A program made the translations under genes and the position numbers. From Candidatus Altiarchaeales archaeon (GTDB lineage Archaea; Altiarchaeota; Altiarchaeia; IMC4; SCGC-AAA252-I15): DNA of 64,000 nt. The DNA lies in the NCBI GenBank assembly GCA_014727915.1, contig WJMO01000006.1:320001-384000 (forward strand). Reading direction: 5' to 3'. The notes under the pieces were generated by a model that made no database searches, was not told the DNA's origin, and saw nothing but the letters and a program-made list of their open reading frames with translations. Positions within the stretch are counted from its first letter, which is position 1. Each line of letters starts with the position of its first letter. Below, in pieces: positions 31,503 through 40,404 of the stretch.

Positions 31503-32411
31503 TCACCAGTGTTTTCCTATCTTCACCTTCAATAGGTCCTCTGCGACATACGATTCAGGGAACACCTCCCGGGCCTCTTCCAGAAGAGCGTCTGGTTCAG
31601 GGTAGCGTTGGCTTATGTGGGTGAGGTATAGCTTCTTGACCCCTGCCTTCTTAGCTACTTCAGCAGCCTGCCTGGCGGTGGAGTGGGCGGCGTCCTCCGT
31701 GGCCTCCAGGTCAGCGTGACTGAACATGCTCTCGTGTATTAGCAAGTCAGCACCCTCAGCCAATTTTACAACAGCCCTGCAAAGTCTTGTATCGCCCGTG
31801 TAGACGACTTTCCTGCCGTCTATGGGGGGGTCAAGAACCTGCTCTGGAGCTATGGTTTTGCCGTTCACCTCGACCGGATCTCCGTCAGCGAGCTTTGTGA
31901 ACAGCGGACCCACCGGCACTCCCAGGTCGATGGCGGTCTGGCGGTTGAATTTGCGGTGCGGGTCCTCGGTGAAGCAGTAGGCTAGGCTGTTCCTTGTGTG
32001 GTCGGTGTTAGCCGCGGATATGGCATACCTGTCTCCGCGGTACACTTCGCCTGCTCCGACCTCGTGGGTGTCGACGGTGAGATGATCCAGCCGGAAGGTG
32101 CCGACCGTGAGGAGCTTTTCCATCGCGTCCTTCATGCCGGCGGGGCCGTATATGTTGAGGGGCCTCTCCCTTTCAAGGAAGTCCATCGACTGTATCATGC
32201 CGCCGAGGCCGAGGAAGTGGTCTGCGTGGAGGTGTGTGATGAATATGTTGTTGAGGTTCATGAAGTTCAATCCTGCGAATCTCATCTGGCGTTGGGTGCC
32301 CTCGCCGCAGTCGAAGAGCATGTGCTCCCCGAGGTAGTCCAGGTGTATTGAACTCAAGCCCCGCTTGTCTGTTGGTATGCACCCGCTGGTGCCGAGGAAC
32401 GTAACCTCCAT
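31503..32411 (-). CDS. rnz: Ribonuclease Z
   Basis: FLGTS, DCGEGTQ, HLHADH, GDT, HST, THISQRY. Confidence 0.96.
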   Translation of the reverse strand: MEVTFLGTSGCIPTDKRGLSSIHLDYLGEHMLFDCGEGTQRQMRFAGLNFMNLNNIFITHLHADHFLGLGGMIQSMDFLERERPLNIYGPAGMKDAMEKLLTVGTFRLDHLTVDTHEVGAGEVYRGDRYAISAANTDHTRNSLAYCFTEDPHRKFNRQTAIDLGVPVGPLFTKLADGDPVEVNGKTIAPEQVLDPPIDGRKVVYTGDTRLCRAVVKLAEGADLLIHESMFSHADLEATEDAAHSTARQAAEVAKKAGVKKLYLTHISQRYPEPDALLEEAREVFPESYVAEDLLKVKIGKHW

Positions 32412-32419
32412 TTTCTCCC

Positions 32420-33682
32420 TTAAAGCCTTTTTTCCACGCTCTTGCTGTGCTCCATCAGGCCCTCCTCTTCCGCCAGAGTTCTTATCGTCTTGGAAAGTGA
32501 CTTCAATCCCTTCCTTGTTATCTTCTGCACGCTAGTGGATTTTAGGTAGTCCCTGACCGAGAGTTGGCTGCTGAATCTGGCAGCTCCCCCGGTGGGAAGA
32601 ACGTGGTTACCCCCGGATGCGTAGTCGCCTGCGGCCACCGGACTGTAGGGTCCGATGAATATGGCGCCCGCATTGACTATCTTCTTGGATAGGTCGTCGG
32701 GGCTCTTAGCAATTATCTCGACGTGTTCGGCAGCGTAGTCATTGGCGAACCGCAGAGAGTCCGATATGGATTTTGTTTTAATAATTGAGAAATTATCAAT
32801 GCTTTTTGATATTATTTCAATTCTTTTCGAAGATGTTTTTTGCGTTTCTACTAGGGACTTGACCGCCCCCACGAGGCTTTTGGAGTCGGTAACGAGAACG
32901 CATTTGGCGTCAGGGTCGTGCTCGGCCTGGGCCATCACATCGGAAGCTATGAACTCCGGGTCGGCCGAGTCGTCTGCGACTATCAGGACCTCGCTGGGAC
33001 CTGCGGGCATGTCTATGTCGACCTCTCCGTAGACGAGCATCTTGGCGGCGGTGACGTACTTGTTGCCAGGACCCACTATCTTGTCGACCTTAGACACGGA
33101 CTCTGTCCCATAGGCGAGGGCCGCTATGCCATGAGGTCCGCCCACCATGTAGACCTCGTCCACGCCAACGACCTTGCATGCTGCGAGCACAACATCGGAT
33201 ATGGGCGGCGGCGACGCCACCACCACCCTCTCGACACCTACCACCTCCGCAGGGGTTGCAGTCATAAGGAGGGTGGATGGATAAGCTGCCCTCCCTCCTG
33301 GGACGTAGCATCCCACACTGGACACTGGGGTCATCCTCTCGCCGGCAGTGACGCCGTCTTCTACGACCATGGACCATTCGCTGTCCACCCTCTGATACTG
33401 GGCGGTGTGGAGAGACTCTATGTTGGAGTGGGCGTGTTCCAACGCCTCGATGACCGATATGTCAACCCTCGAATATGCTTCTTGTATCTGTTCCTCACCC
33501 ACCCTCAGGGAATCTAGCTTTACCTTGTCGAATTTCTCCGTGTATTCCAGTAGGGCCCTGTCACCCCTTCTCCGCACGTCCTTGACTATGCCAGCGACAT
33601 AGTCCAATAGGCCTGAGTAGTCAGGTGAGTCCCGCCTTAATACGATTTCAAGGTCGTCTTTGCCGTATTCGAATGTCTTCAT
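32420..33682 (-). CDS. hisD: Histidinol dehydrogenase
   Basis: YVPGG, GPGN, AGPSE, QAEHD, AEH, NHVLPT. Confidence 0.97.
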   Translation of the reverse strand: MKTFEYGKDDLEIVLRRDSPDYSGLLDYVAGIVKDVRRRGDRALLEYTEKFDKVKLDSLRVGEEQIQEAYSRVDISVIEALEHAHSNIESLHTAQYQRVDSEWSMVVEDGVTAGERMTPVSSVGCYVPGGRAAYPSTLLMTATPAEVVGVERVVVASPPPISDVVLAACKVVGVDEVYMVGGPHGIAALAYGTESVSKVDKIVGPGNKYVTAAKMLVYGEVDIDMPAGPSEVLIVADDSADPEFIASDVMAQAEHDPDAKCVLVTDSKSLVGAVKSLVETQKTSSKRIEIISKSIDNFSIIKTKSISDSLRFANDYAAEHVEIIAKSPDDLSKKIVNAGAIFIGPYSPVAAGDYASGGNHVLPTGGAARFSSQLSVRDYLKSTSVQKITRKGLKSLSKTIRTLAEEEGLMEHSKSVEKRL

Positions 33683-33705
33683 CAGATAAAAATTAGCCAG
33701 TCAAA

Positions 33706-34482
33706 CTATTTAACCCTGACCAGCAGGTACACTGCTGGGTTGACCACGCTCAGATACGTGTAGACAACCGCCTGAACCATCCTGGCCAGCGCAAAGGCTG
33801 ATAGGGAAATCAGAGTGAGCGAATCGTTTATTTCCGCTGTTAGAACCAGGATCATCGTGGAAAGCGCTAGGAATGCGAAGAGGGAATTCAAGCCTGTGAG
33901 TTCCTTCCAGTTCTCCAGCCCGAGCTTGAAGCTGTTCCGGAAGCTGTCATTCACCCCCTTACCTTCCAAGACCGCCATCGGAACCACGAAGAACACAAAC
34001 ACCGAGAAAGCTATGATTAGCGCGATTCCGGACAGGGCTGCCAGCACCGTGAAGGCGAAAAAGCCCGTCAGCGCATGGAGTATCTGGAAGAAAGCGGCCA
34101 CAGTGGAGACGAACACCAGGCTTGCGAATACCGCACAGCCCAGCGCCAAGACCACCTTCCACGCCTTGAGAGCGTCCTTCAATGCGAGTGAAAGGCCTAC
34201 GTCCCCTGATGACTTCAGGTCGGCGACCATCCGAGGATACATTGCATAGGAGAGTATGTCCACCACATAGAGTAGGGGAAGGGCGGCGAAGAGGATTGCT
34301 GTCTTCCACAGGAACACTGAGACCATCTCCGGGTCTTTCATCAGGACGAAGTCCGCTGTTATCCCTATCGAATATAGCGTGAAGATTGTGTATAGTGCAG
34401 TGGTGAGCATCCGCGGAAGGAACATCTTGGGGTGTGACCTGAGCATCTTGAACGAGTCTCTCAGAACAGCAGCCAATTCCAT
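33706..34482 (-). CDS. Multi-pass membrane hypothetical protein
   Basis: About 6 hydrophobic segments. Confidence 0.7.
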   Translation of the reverse strand: MELAAVLRDSFKMLRSHPKMFLPRMLTTALYTIFTLYSIGITADFVLMKDPEMVSVFLWKTAILFAALPLLYVVDILSYAMYPRMVADLKSSGDVGLSLALKDALKAWKVVLALGCAVFASLVFVSTVAAFFQILHALTGFFAFTVLAALSGIALIIAFSVFVFFVVPMAVLEGKGVNDSFRNSFKLGLENWKELTGLNSLFAFLALSTMILVLTAEINDSLTLISLSAFALARMVQAVVYTYLSVVNPAVYLLVRVK

Positions 34483-34551
34483 GTAATGTTATGTGCTGGG
34501 CTGGTTTTATGCTGAAAATCTGATTTTATCACAGGAGGTGAGGGGGAAGGT

Positions 34552-34826
34552 TTGCTGGATTCCGTCCTTAGGACGGGTTTCAAAGCAGGATTCCTGATCA
34601 TGATTTTTGGCCTGGCACTTTACTATGTGAGTGTCTTCGAGCGGACCAGAAGACTGGGCATAGACTTCAGCTTCGTATGTTGGATGTTCAACTTCCTGCC
34701 GCCGTGGCTCAGGTCGGGTGTTTTGGGGGGGCTATTGTGCCGGGTTTTTCCATACTGTTTGGGGCGGTCAGGGATACCATTAGGATATTATGTGACAGCC
34801 TGTCAGGAAGAGGGGGTTATTGCTAG
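34552..34826 (+). pseudogene. Probable frameshifted paralog of 34857-35174
   Basis: LRTGFKAGF versus LRIGFKVGF; similarity resumes in another frame after the G7 run at 34725-34731. Confidence 0.5.
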
Positions 34827-34856
34827 TTTTTTAATCCTCCAATCCGATTCTTTTCT

Positions 34857-35174
34857 ATGGGCAAATGGAAGGACGCCTTCGACCTGTTACTCCGTATCGG
34901 CTTCAAAGTTGGTTTCATCACCGCAGTTATTGGACTGGTGATGATGTACTATCAGATGCTGGCTGACGCCTTCATGCCGTTTTTGAGGTATATCCGGCTT
35001 TTGGAGGCCTTCGAAGCGAATCCCGGATGGGTTAAGATATCCCTCTTGGGCGTCCTGGTGATGGTTGCCGTCTTGTTCACCATGGTCGTTAGGGGGTGGG
35101 TGGAGGAGATGGCAGACATACTCTTCGATGACGATGATACTAGGGCTGTTGGCGTGCAGAGGCTAGACCCCTAG
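34857..35174 (+). CDS. Small two-TM hypothetical protein
   Basis: Two hydrophobic helices and an acidic tail. Confidence 0.65.
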   Translation: MGKWKDAFDLLLRIGFKVGFITAVIGLVMMYYQMLADAFMPFLRYIRLLEAFEANPGWVKISLLGVLVMVAVLFTMVVRGWVEEMADILFDDDDTRAVGVQRLDP

Positions 35175-35654
35175 TAGTTCGCTGTAGGTCTTGGTTGTCG
35201 CCTTTTCTTCGACCCCCAACTCCTTCAGTACTTCCATTATGCGGTCATGGTCTTCTGGTTCCTTGGATTCGACTTCCACGTATTCTCCCAGTCCTTCAAC
35301 GTCATCGCAGCATATTGTGAGCTCGCCAAGTTTGTAGGTCTTCCTCGTTTTCCTTATCGTGAAGGCTTTCTCGAATCCGAGGCGTTCCAGTAGCGGGTAC
35401 GCGTCCTCTGTTACCGGGAACTCTATCTCCTCCCTTATCTTGAGGTCGGATTTTTTCTTGGGTCCCTTGTAGGTTAGCGCATGACGTTCTGTTTTTCTGA
35501 TGCGGAGGGCTTCGTCAGATTCTCGGAGGTCCCGGCAGGGGTGTTTGAAGTAGGTGTCTTCCTGGAATACGGTATCGACGTATTCTGCCCCCAGGGATTT
35601 GACCTTTTCCTCGGCGCCCTGGCAGGGAGCCTTCGCCTCGACTTCAACCGTCAT
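35163..35654 (-). CDS. cyaB: CYTH-domain protein (class IV adenylate cyclase family)
   Basis: EVEAK, QEDTYF, ALRIR, TYKGP, REEIE; start ATG 35654. Confidence 0.9.
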   Translation of the reverse strand: MTVEVEAKAPCQGAEEKVKSLGAEYVDTVFQEDTYFKHPCRDLRESDEALRIRKTERHALTYKGPKKKSDLKIREEIEFPVTEDAYPLLERLGFEKAFTIRKTRKTYKLGELTICCDDVEGLGEYVEVESKEPEDHDRIMEVLKELGVEEKATTKTYSELLGV

Positions 35655-36292
35655 TTCGCCTTCAGGTTCAACAGCATATGGTCTTCCTCGTAGGGTTCCA
35701 GGCTCAGCTGCTCGAGTATCTCGAACTTTTGTGTCAGCTTTTTCTTCTCCGCTTTGAATACTTTTTTGGGGTCTTTGGCGGAGTTTATGCTCCTTGCCTT
35801 TATTGATAGCAGGGCGTGTTTGAACTTGAAGGTGTCGTAGTTGTTCAAGAGTATTCCTGCCTGGTCTGGTTGGGCGACATCCTGGATTAGTACGTCTGCG
35901 TTTGCTATTGTGTTGCTGTACTCCCAGGGGTGGCGGGCGTCGGCGAGTATGGGTATCATGTTCTGCTTCCTGTCGCAGACCGGCAGTAGCTCGCGCATCA
36001 TGCGCTTGCTGAATTCGACGCAGTATACGGTTTCGGCTATGTCGGCTATGTGGGAGGCTGTTGTCCCGGAGGATGCTCCCAGGTAGAGCACGGACGAGCC
36101 GGGGGATATTGGAAATGTCTTCATGCCTTTCGCGAGGGCTGCGGCGACCTTGCTGCGGTGGGGGTCCCACATCCTGTATTCCTTTCCCTTCTTCTTGACT
36201 GTCTTCTCGCCGTAGACCCTGTAGCCGGGCGTTTTGTTATGTGTCGCGAGCTTCCGGTCTATTAGGTAGACGCCGGGGAACTTTTCCTTCAT
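35651..36292 (-). CDS. flpA: Fibrillarin-like 2'-O-methyltransferase
   Basis: VYGE, WDPHRSK, LYLGASSGTTASH, DVAQPDQ; start ATG 36292. Confidence 0.96.
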   Translation of the reverse strand: MKEKFPGVYLIDRKLATHNKTPGYRVYGEKTVKKKGKEYRMWDPHRSKVAAALAKGMKTFPISPGSSVLYLGASSGTTASHIADIAETVYCVEFSKRMMRELLPVCDRKQNMIPILADARHPWEYSNTIANADVLIQDVAQPDQAGILLNNYDTFKFKHALLSIKARSINSAKDPKKVFKAEKKKLTQKFEILEQLSLEPYEEDHMLLNLKAK

Positions 36293-36329
36293 GAGGGTAT
36301 ATATTGATGAGATTATTAAATAGGTTCTA

Positions 36330-37241
36330 ATGAAGGGCATTACGATAGCCTTGTTCAGTTGCATGTTCCTGGGTTTGCAGCCCGTTTTCAGCAAGGTCCT
36401 CCTCAGCTACATGCCCCCCATAGTCTTGGCTGCCATAACCTCTTTCTCGGCTGCTCTGCTGCTGATATTCATCCTTGAGATAGAGCACAAGATACGGGAG
36501 ATAGAGGAGTTGAAGAGCCGTGAGGTTTTTGTCTTGGTATTTATCGGGCTTTTGAGCGGTTTCTTCGGTCAGCTTTTTTTCGTGAACGGGCTTGCCAAGA
36601 CGACCGCAACCAACGCTGTTCTGCTGACGAGGACCAACTCGCTGTTGATCGCTATCTTCGGGGTGATGTTCCTCAAGGAGAAGCTGACGTTGAATCACAT
36701 CGTCGGCTCTGTGATAATGTTCACGGGGGTCGCCATAATAGCGACTAAGAACTTCTCGGTTTCGCTCGAGCCCGCCCAGGGCGATGTTCTTTTGATCGGT
36801 GCCGCAGTCTGCTGGGCTTCTGCGAACATCATAATGAAGAGGTACATATGCTATCTGCCCCCGGAGGTCATAGTGATAGGCAGGCATGCCGTGGCAGGGA
36901 TAGTTTTGACTTCTCTGACGTTTCAGCAGATACCTGCCGTCATCAACCTCCACATGCTTCCCTACCTGCTTGGCCTGGTCATACTGGTGATAATCGTCGG
37001 CCAGTACCTGTGGTACTATTCGCTGGAGCATACGACCGCCGAGAACGTCGGGTTGATCTCGCTGACCATACCTTTCTTCGGGGTTTTGTACTCTGTTCTC
37101 CTTTTGGGCGAGCAGCTGACCCCGTATCAGATAGTCGGGGGCTCTCTTATCATCGCGGGTCTGGCTGTGGTTGAGATACACCTGACGACATTGCATGACA
37201 TCGAGTGCAGGATAAGGGGCGTGCATACGCCCCATCACTAG
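36330..37241 (+). CDS. DMT/EamA-family transporter
   Basis: About 10 TMs; FLKEK and LLGE repeat ends. Confidence 0.88.
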   Translation: MKGITIALFSCMFLGLQPVFSKVLLSYMPPIVLAAITSFSAALLLIFILEIEHKIREIEELKSREVFVLVFIGLLSGFFGQLFFVNGLAKTTATNAVLLTRTNSLLIAIFGVMFLKEKLTLNHIVGSVIMFTGVAIIATKNFSVSLEPAQGDVLLIGAAVCWASANIIMKRYICYLPPEVIVIGRHAVAGIVLTSLTFQQIPAVINLHMLPYLLGLVILVIIVGQYLWYYSLEHTTAENVGLISLTIPFFGVLYSVLLLGEQLTPYQIVGGSLIIAGLAVVEIHLTTLHDIECRIRGVHTPHH

Positions 37242-37246
37242 GTGGT

Positions 37247-37786
37247 TTACTGCACTTTGATGTCCTTACTGCCTTTTTTGGCGTAGGTTATCTCCAGGAC
37301 GCCGTTCCTGTACTGTGCCTTCTCGGGTTCGCTGCCTACTTCGGAGGGTGTTCTTATGTCTGCCCTGTATCTTCTCTCTGGATTCTCTGCTTTTAGGTGG
37401 ATGTTTGTGCCGTTCGATGTGAGTTCTATGTCCTCTTTCTCGAGTCCTGGCAGGTCTACGATGACCTTTACCTTGTCGCCTTCGTCCAGTGTGTCATGGT
37501 ATGGAGTCTCCGGTTCCTCTGAAGGTGAGATGTCCTGTGGTATCTGTGGGTTGCAGGCCGGTCCGTTACATTGGGTTTCGTTCCTGGGTAGGTTCCCGTA
37601 TTCTCTGGTGTGTGTCTTGCCGTCCGGCCCTGTGTATGAGGTGAACCCCCATACGTAGGATTGGCCGGGGTTCCTCCCAGCCCTTTGTATCATCTGGCTC
37701 ATGTACTCGTCAAATCCCTCGAAATGGCGGTCAAACTCCCCGAATAGACGGGGTTTCCGCGGTTCCTTCCTATCAAATGGAAACAT
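37247..37786 (-). CDS. Small heat-shock protein (Hsp20)
   Basis: GPDGK, REYGN, DLPGLEKEDI, YRNGVLEI; SD GGAGGTG. Confidence 0.92.
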   Translation of the reverse strand: MFPFDRKEPRKPRLFGEFDRHFEGFDEYMSQMIQRAGRNPGQSYVWGFTSYTGPDGKTHTREYGNLPRNETQCNGPACNPQIPQDISPSEEPETPYHDTLDEGDKVKVIVDLPGLEKEDIELTSNGTNIHLKAENPERRYRADIRTPSEVGSEPEKAQYRNGVLEITYAKKGSKDIKVQ

Positions 37787-37844
37787 AATACACCTCCTTT
37801 TGTTTAAAGAATATTGATTTTGTTGATATATTACAATACAAACT

Positions 37845-37863
37845 AGTATATAAAGGTTTCGGT
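37845..37863 (-). promoter_or_regulatory. BRE-TATA promoter of hsp20
   Basis: CCGAAACCTTTATATA on the minus strand. Confidence 0.65.
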
Positions 37864-37884
37864 TTAAAGAATCTAAACGAGATT

Positions 37885-38286
37885 ATGGTTGTTAGGATCA
37901 GGATCATGAGACAGAGGAAACCAACAGAAAACACCGTAGAGGATGAACTGGAGTGGCTATGCTCATCGCTTGGATTCTGCGAGGCCATCGACCGGGACAG
38001 GACAGCCCAGAACATTTTCAAACAGCTGATAAGGTCAAGCCACGACGGCAAGGGACTGAAAAGCGACGACCTGGCGGATATCGTCGGGAAGTCACGGGGT
38101 GCGGTCGTCAACCACCTGAACAAGCTCATATCAAGCGGGCTCGTGGTCAGGAGGGGGACAAGGTATGAGATGCGGGAGAATACACTCCACAACACCATAG
38201 CGGAGATGCGCAGGGACATGGACCGAATATTCGAAGACATGGAAAAGGTAGCAGACGAGATAGACCGGCAGATGAGAGGGGAATAG
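37885..38286 (+). CDS. Winged-helix transcriptional regulator
   Basis: SDDLADIVGKSRGAVVNHLNKLISSGLV plus C-terminal coiled coil. Confidence 0.8.
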   Translation: MVVRIRIMRQRKPTENTVEDELEWLCSSLGFCEAIDRDRTAQNIFKQLIRSSHDGKGLKSDDLADIVGKSRGAVVNHLNKLISSGLVVRRGTRYEMRENTLHNTIAEMRRDMDRIFEDMEKVADEIDRQMRGE

Positions 38287-38287
38287 G

Positions 38288-39943
38288 CTACTTCTTCAAC
38301 ATCATCTCGACCCTGTTCAATGTGTCGGCTTCTTCCACGCCCTTGTCCTCCCGGACCCTCACCAGCCGGGGGAACCTTAGAGCATAGCCCGACGAGTATG
38401 TCGGGCTCTTCTGAATCTCCTCATATGCTACCTCGAACACAACCTTCGGTTTTATGACGACAGACCTCCCTTCCTGCGACGTTATCAAGGGCTTGAACAG
38501 TTCGGTCAGGCCCTTGAGCTGCTCGTCGGTCAAGCCGGTCGCCATCCTGCCTATCTCAAGGAAACCCCCGGATTCGGGGTCATAGACTGAGAGAAGGTAG
38601 CTGCCGATCCAGGACGCCCTCCTACCCTCACCCCATGTGCCTCCCGTCACGACAAGATCCAAGGATTCCATGACAGGCTTCAACTTGTACATGTACCCCA
38701 CCCTACTTCCCGGCTGGTAGGGCGCCTTCAGGTTCTTGACCATCACGCCCTCATGGCCCATGTCCAACGCCTTCTTGTAGAAGTTCTCGGCTGGTTTGAG
38801 GTCGGTCGTCACCAGGTTCTCGGCCAGCCTGAACCTGTCGGTCTCATCCACAGACTCTGACAACAGTTGCCTGCGTTCTCTGAACTCAAGCCCGGATTTG
38901 TCGCCACCGTTGTGGTAGATTATGTCGAATAGGTTAACCTCAACAGGTATCTTGTCCACCATCTCGCGTATGTCATACTTCCGCTTTATGCGCCTGGAGA
39001 GGTTCTGAAAGGGGAGGGGCCTCCTCGTCCCAACATCTACCGCCACCACTTCGCCTTCGATGACCGCCGAAGCCGCCTTCACATGGTTCAGGCTGTCCTT
39101 GACGACTTCCGGGAACTGGCGTGTCACATCCTCCAGCCTACGGGTGAACAGGGATACCCTGTCCTTGTCCTTGTGTATCTGCAATCTTGCGCCGTCGTAT
39201 TTCACCTCCAACTCTACCTCCCCCATGTCTTCAAGCGCAGACTCCAGGGACTCGGCCTTCTGGGCGAGCATCACCTTAACCGGCTGGCCGACTATGATCC
39301 CATAATCCTTCAAACCGGATTCTCCCCTGTTCTTCGCGGTCAGAGCCACCTCACCCCAGTCAGGCCGCATGTTGAACGCCCTATCAACGACGGAAGGATC
39401 GAGTTCGTAGGCTTTGGCTATGGCATCCCGTATTATTCCGTCGCCGACTCCGATGCGGAGCTGGCCGAGGATCAACCGCACGATATACCTTGAATCCTGC
39501 GGCGACGCGTTCGACAGGAGCTCTGTTATGTAGGCGATTTTCTTGTCCTGGGAGCCCTTGCCCGTCAATTTCGCGAGCCTGCCAAGGTTCTCCTGCACCT
39601 TCTCAACGGTCAGGGTCTCACTGTACAATGTGGTCTGGGGCTTGGACACAAGGGCCTCCTCCGCGACCAGCCCTATGTCTCCCTTCTCCCTTACCAGGTC
39701 GTTAAGCTTGGACTCGGCCAACCCGGAAACCGATGATAAAGCCTTGACCATCAGCTTGTCTGCTATGCCCAATTCCAGGCTGCTCCACGACGGGAAGGGA
39801 GTGCCACGTAGGAAAAGCAGGACTGTGGACAGGGATTCGTCGGGAACTTCCTTTATGAACTCGGCCACCACATCCGTCATCTCCAACCTGCCGGAGATGC
39901 CTTCCAATCGGGCGTATACGCCGGTAAGGAGAGAGTAGTCCAT
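38288..39943 (-). CDS. lig: ATP-dependent DNA ligase
   Basis: KYDG, EGE, FDI, EGVMVK, LRFPR. Confidence 0.97.
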   Translation of the reverse strand: MDYSLLTGVYARLEGISGRLEMTDVVAEFIKEVPDESLSTVLLFLRGTPFPSWSSLELGIADKLMVKALSSVSGLAESKLNDLVREKGDIGLVAEEALVSKPQTTLYSETLTVEKVQENLGRLAKLTGKGSQDKKIAYITELLSNASPQDSRYIVRLILGQLRIGVGDGIIRDAIAKAYELDPSVVDRAFNMRPDWGEVALTAKNRGESGLKDYGIIVGQPVKVMLAQKAESLESALEDMGEVELEVKYDGARLQIHKDKDRVSLFTRRLEDVTRQFPEVVKDSLNHVKAASAVIEGEVVAVDVGTRRPLPFQNLSRRIKRKYDIREMVDKIPVEVNLFDIIYHNGGDKSGLEFRERRQLLSESVDETDRFRLAENLVTTDLKPAENFYKKALDMGHEGVMVKNLKAPYQPGSRVGYMYKLKPVMESLDLVVTGGTWGEGRRASWIGSYLLSVYDPESGGFLEIGRMATGLTDEQLKGLTELFKPLITSQEGRSVVIKPKVVFEVAYEEIQKSPTYSSGYALRFPRLVRVREDKGVEEADTLNRVEMMLKK

Positions 39944-39973
39944 CGAAATATATTTACGGTGCTATTAAGTTAT

Positions 39974-40387
39974 ATGCTTGTGGTCGTGGAAACCCCGAGG
40001 GGAAGCCTATCCAAGTTCGCGTTCAAGAACGGGATTTTCGAGGTCGAATACCGGACTCCCTTCCCCAGCTTCTTCAACTACGGGTTCGTCAAGAACACCA
40101 GGGGAGCGGACGGTATGCCGGAGGACGCCATCGTATTGGGGAAGACGCTGAAGCAGGGTTCGGAGGTGGAAGTCCAGGAGGTGGGGACAGTGTACTTCAT
40201 AGACGACGGTCTCGTGGACGACAAGATGATAACCTCCTTGGACGGGCGCGTTACGTTCATGGACAGGGTGATGATAACCGTGTTCTTCACTGCATACATG
40301 GTTTTCAAGACAGTGCACTACTACATCGAGGAGGACCGGGTTGTAAGGTGCAGGTACCACGGTTTCAGCCTAAAAGCAGGAATATGA
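39974..40387 (+). CDS. Family I inorganic pyrophosphatase-like protein (short, variant)
   Basis: VETPRGS, NYGF, DGMPED, DDK. Confidence 0.7.
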   Translation: MLVVVETPRGSLSKFAFKNGIFEVEYRTPFPSFFNYGFVKNTRGADGMPEDAIVLGKTLKQGSEVEVQEVGTVYFIDDGLVDDKMITSLDGRVTFMDRVMITVFFTAYMVFKTVHYYIEEDRVVRCRYHGFSLKAGI

Positions 40388-40404
40388 AGCCGGTGTGCCC
40401 TGCG

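Noticed and set aside
35655-36170. N-terminal extension of the CYTH ORF
   Set aside because: Overlaps fibrillarin in another frame; CYTH motifs begin at ATG 35654.
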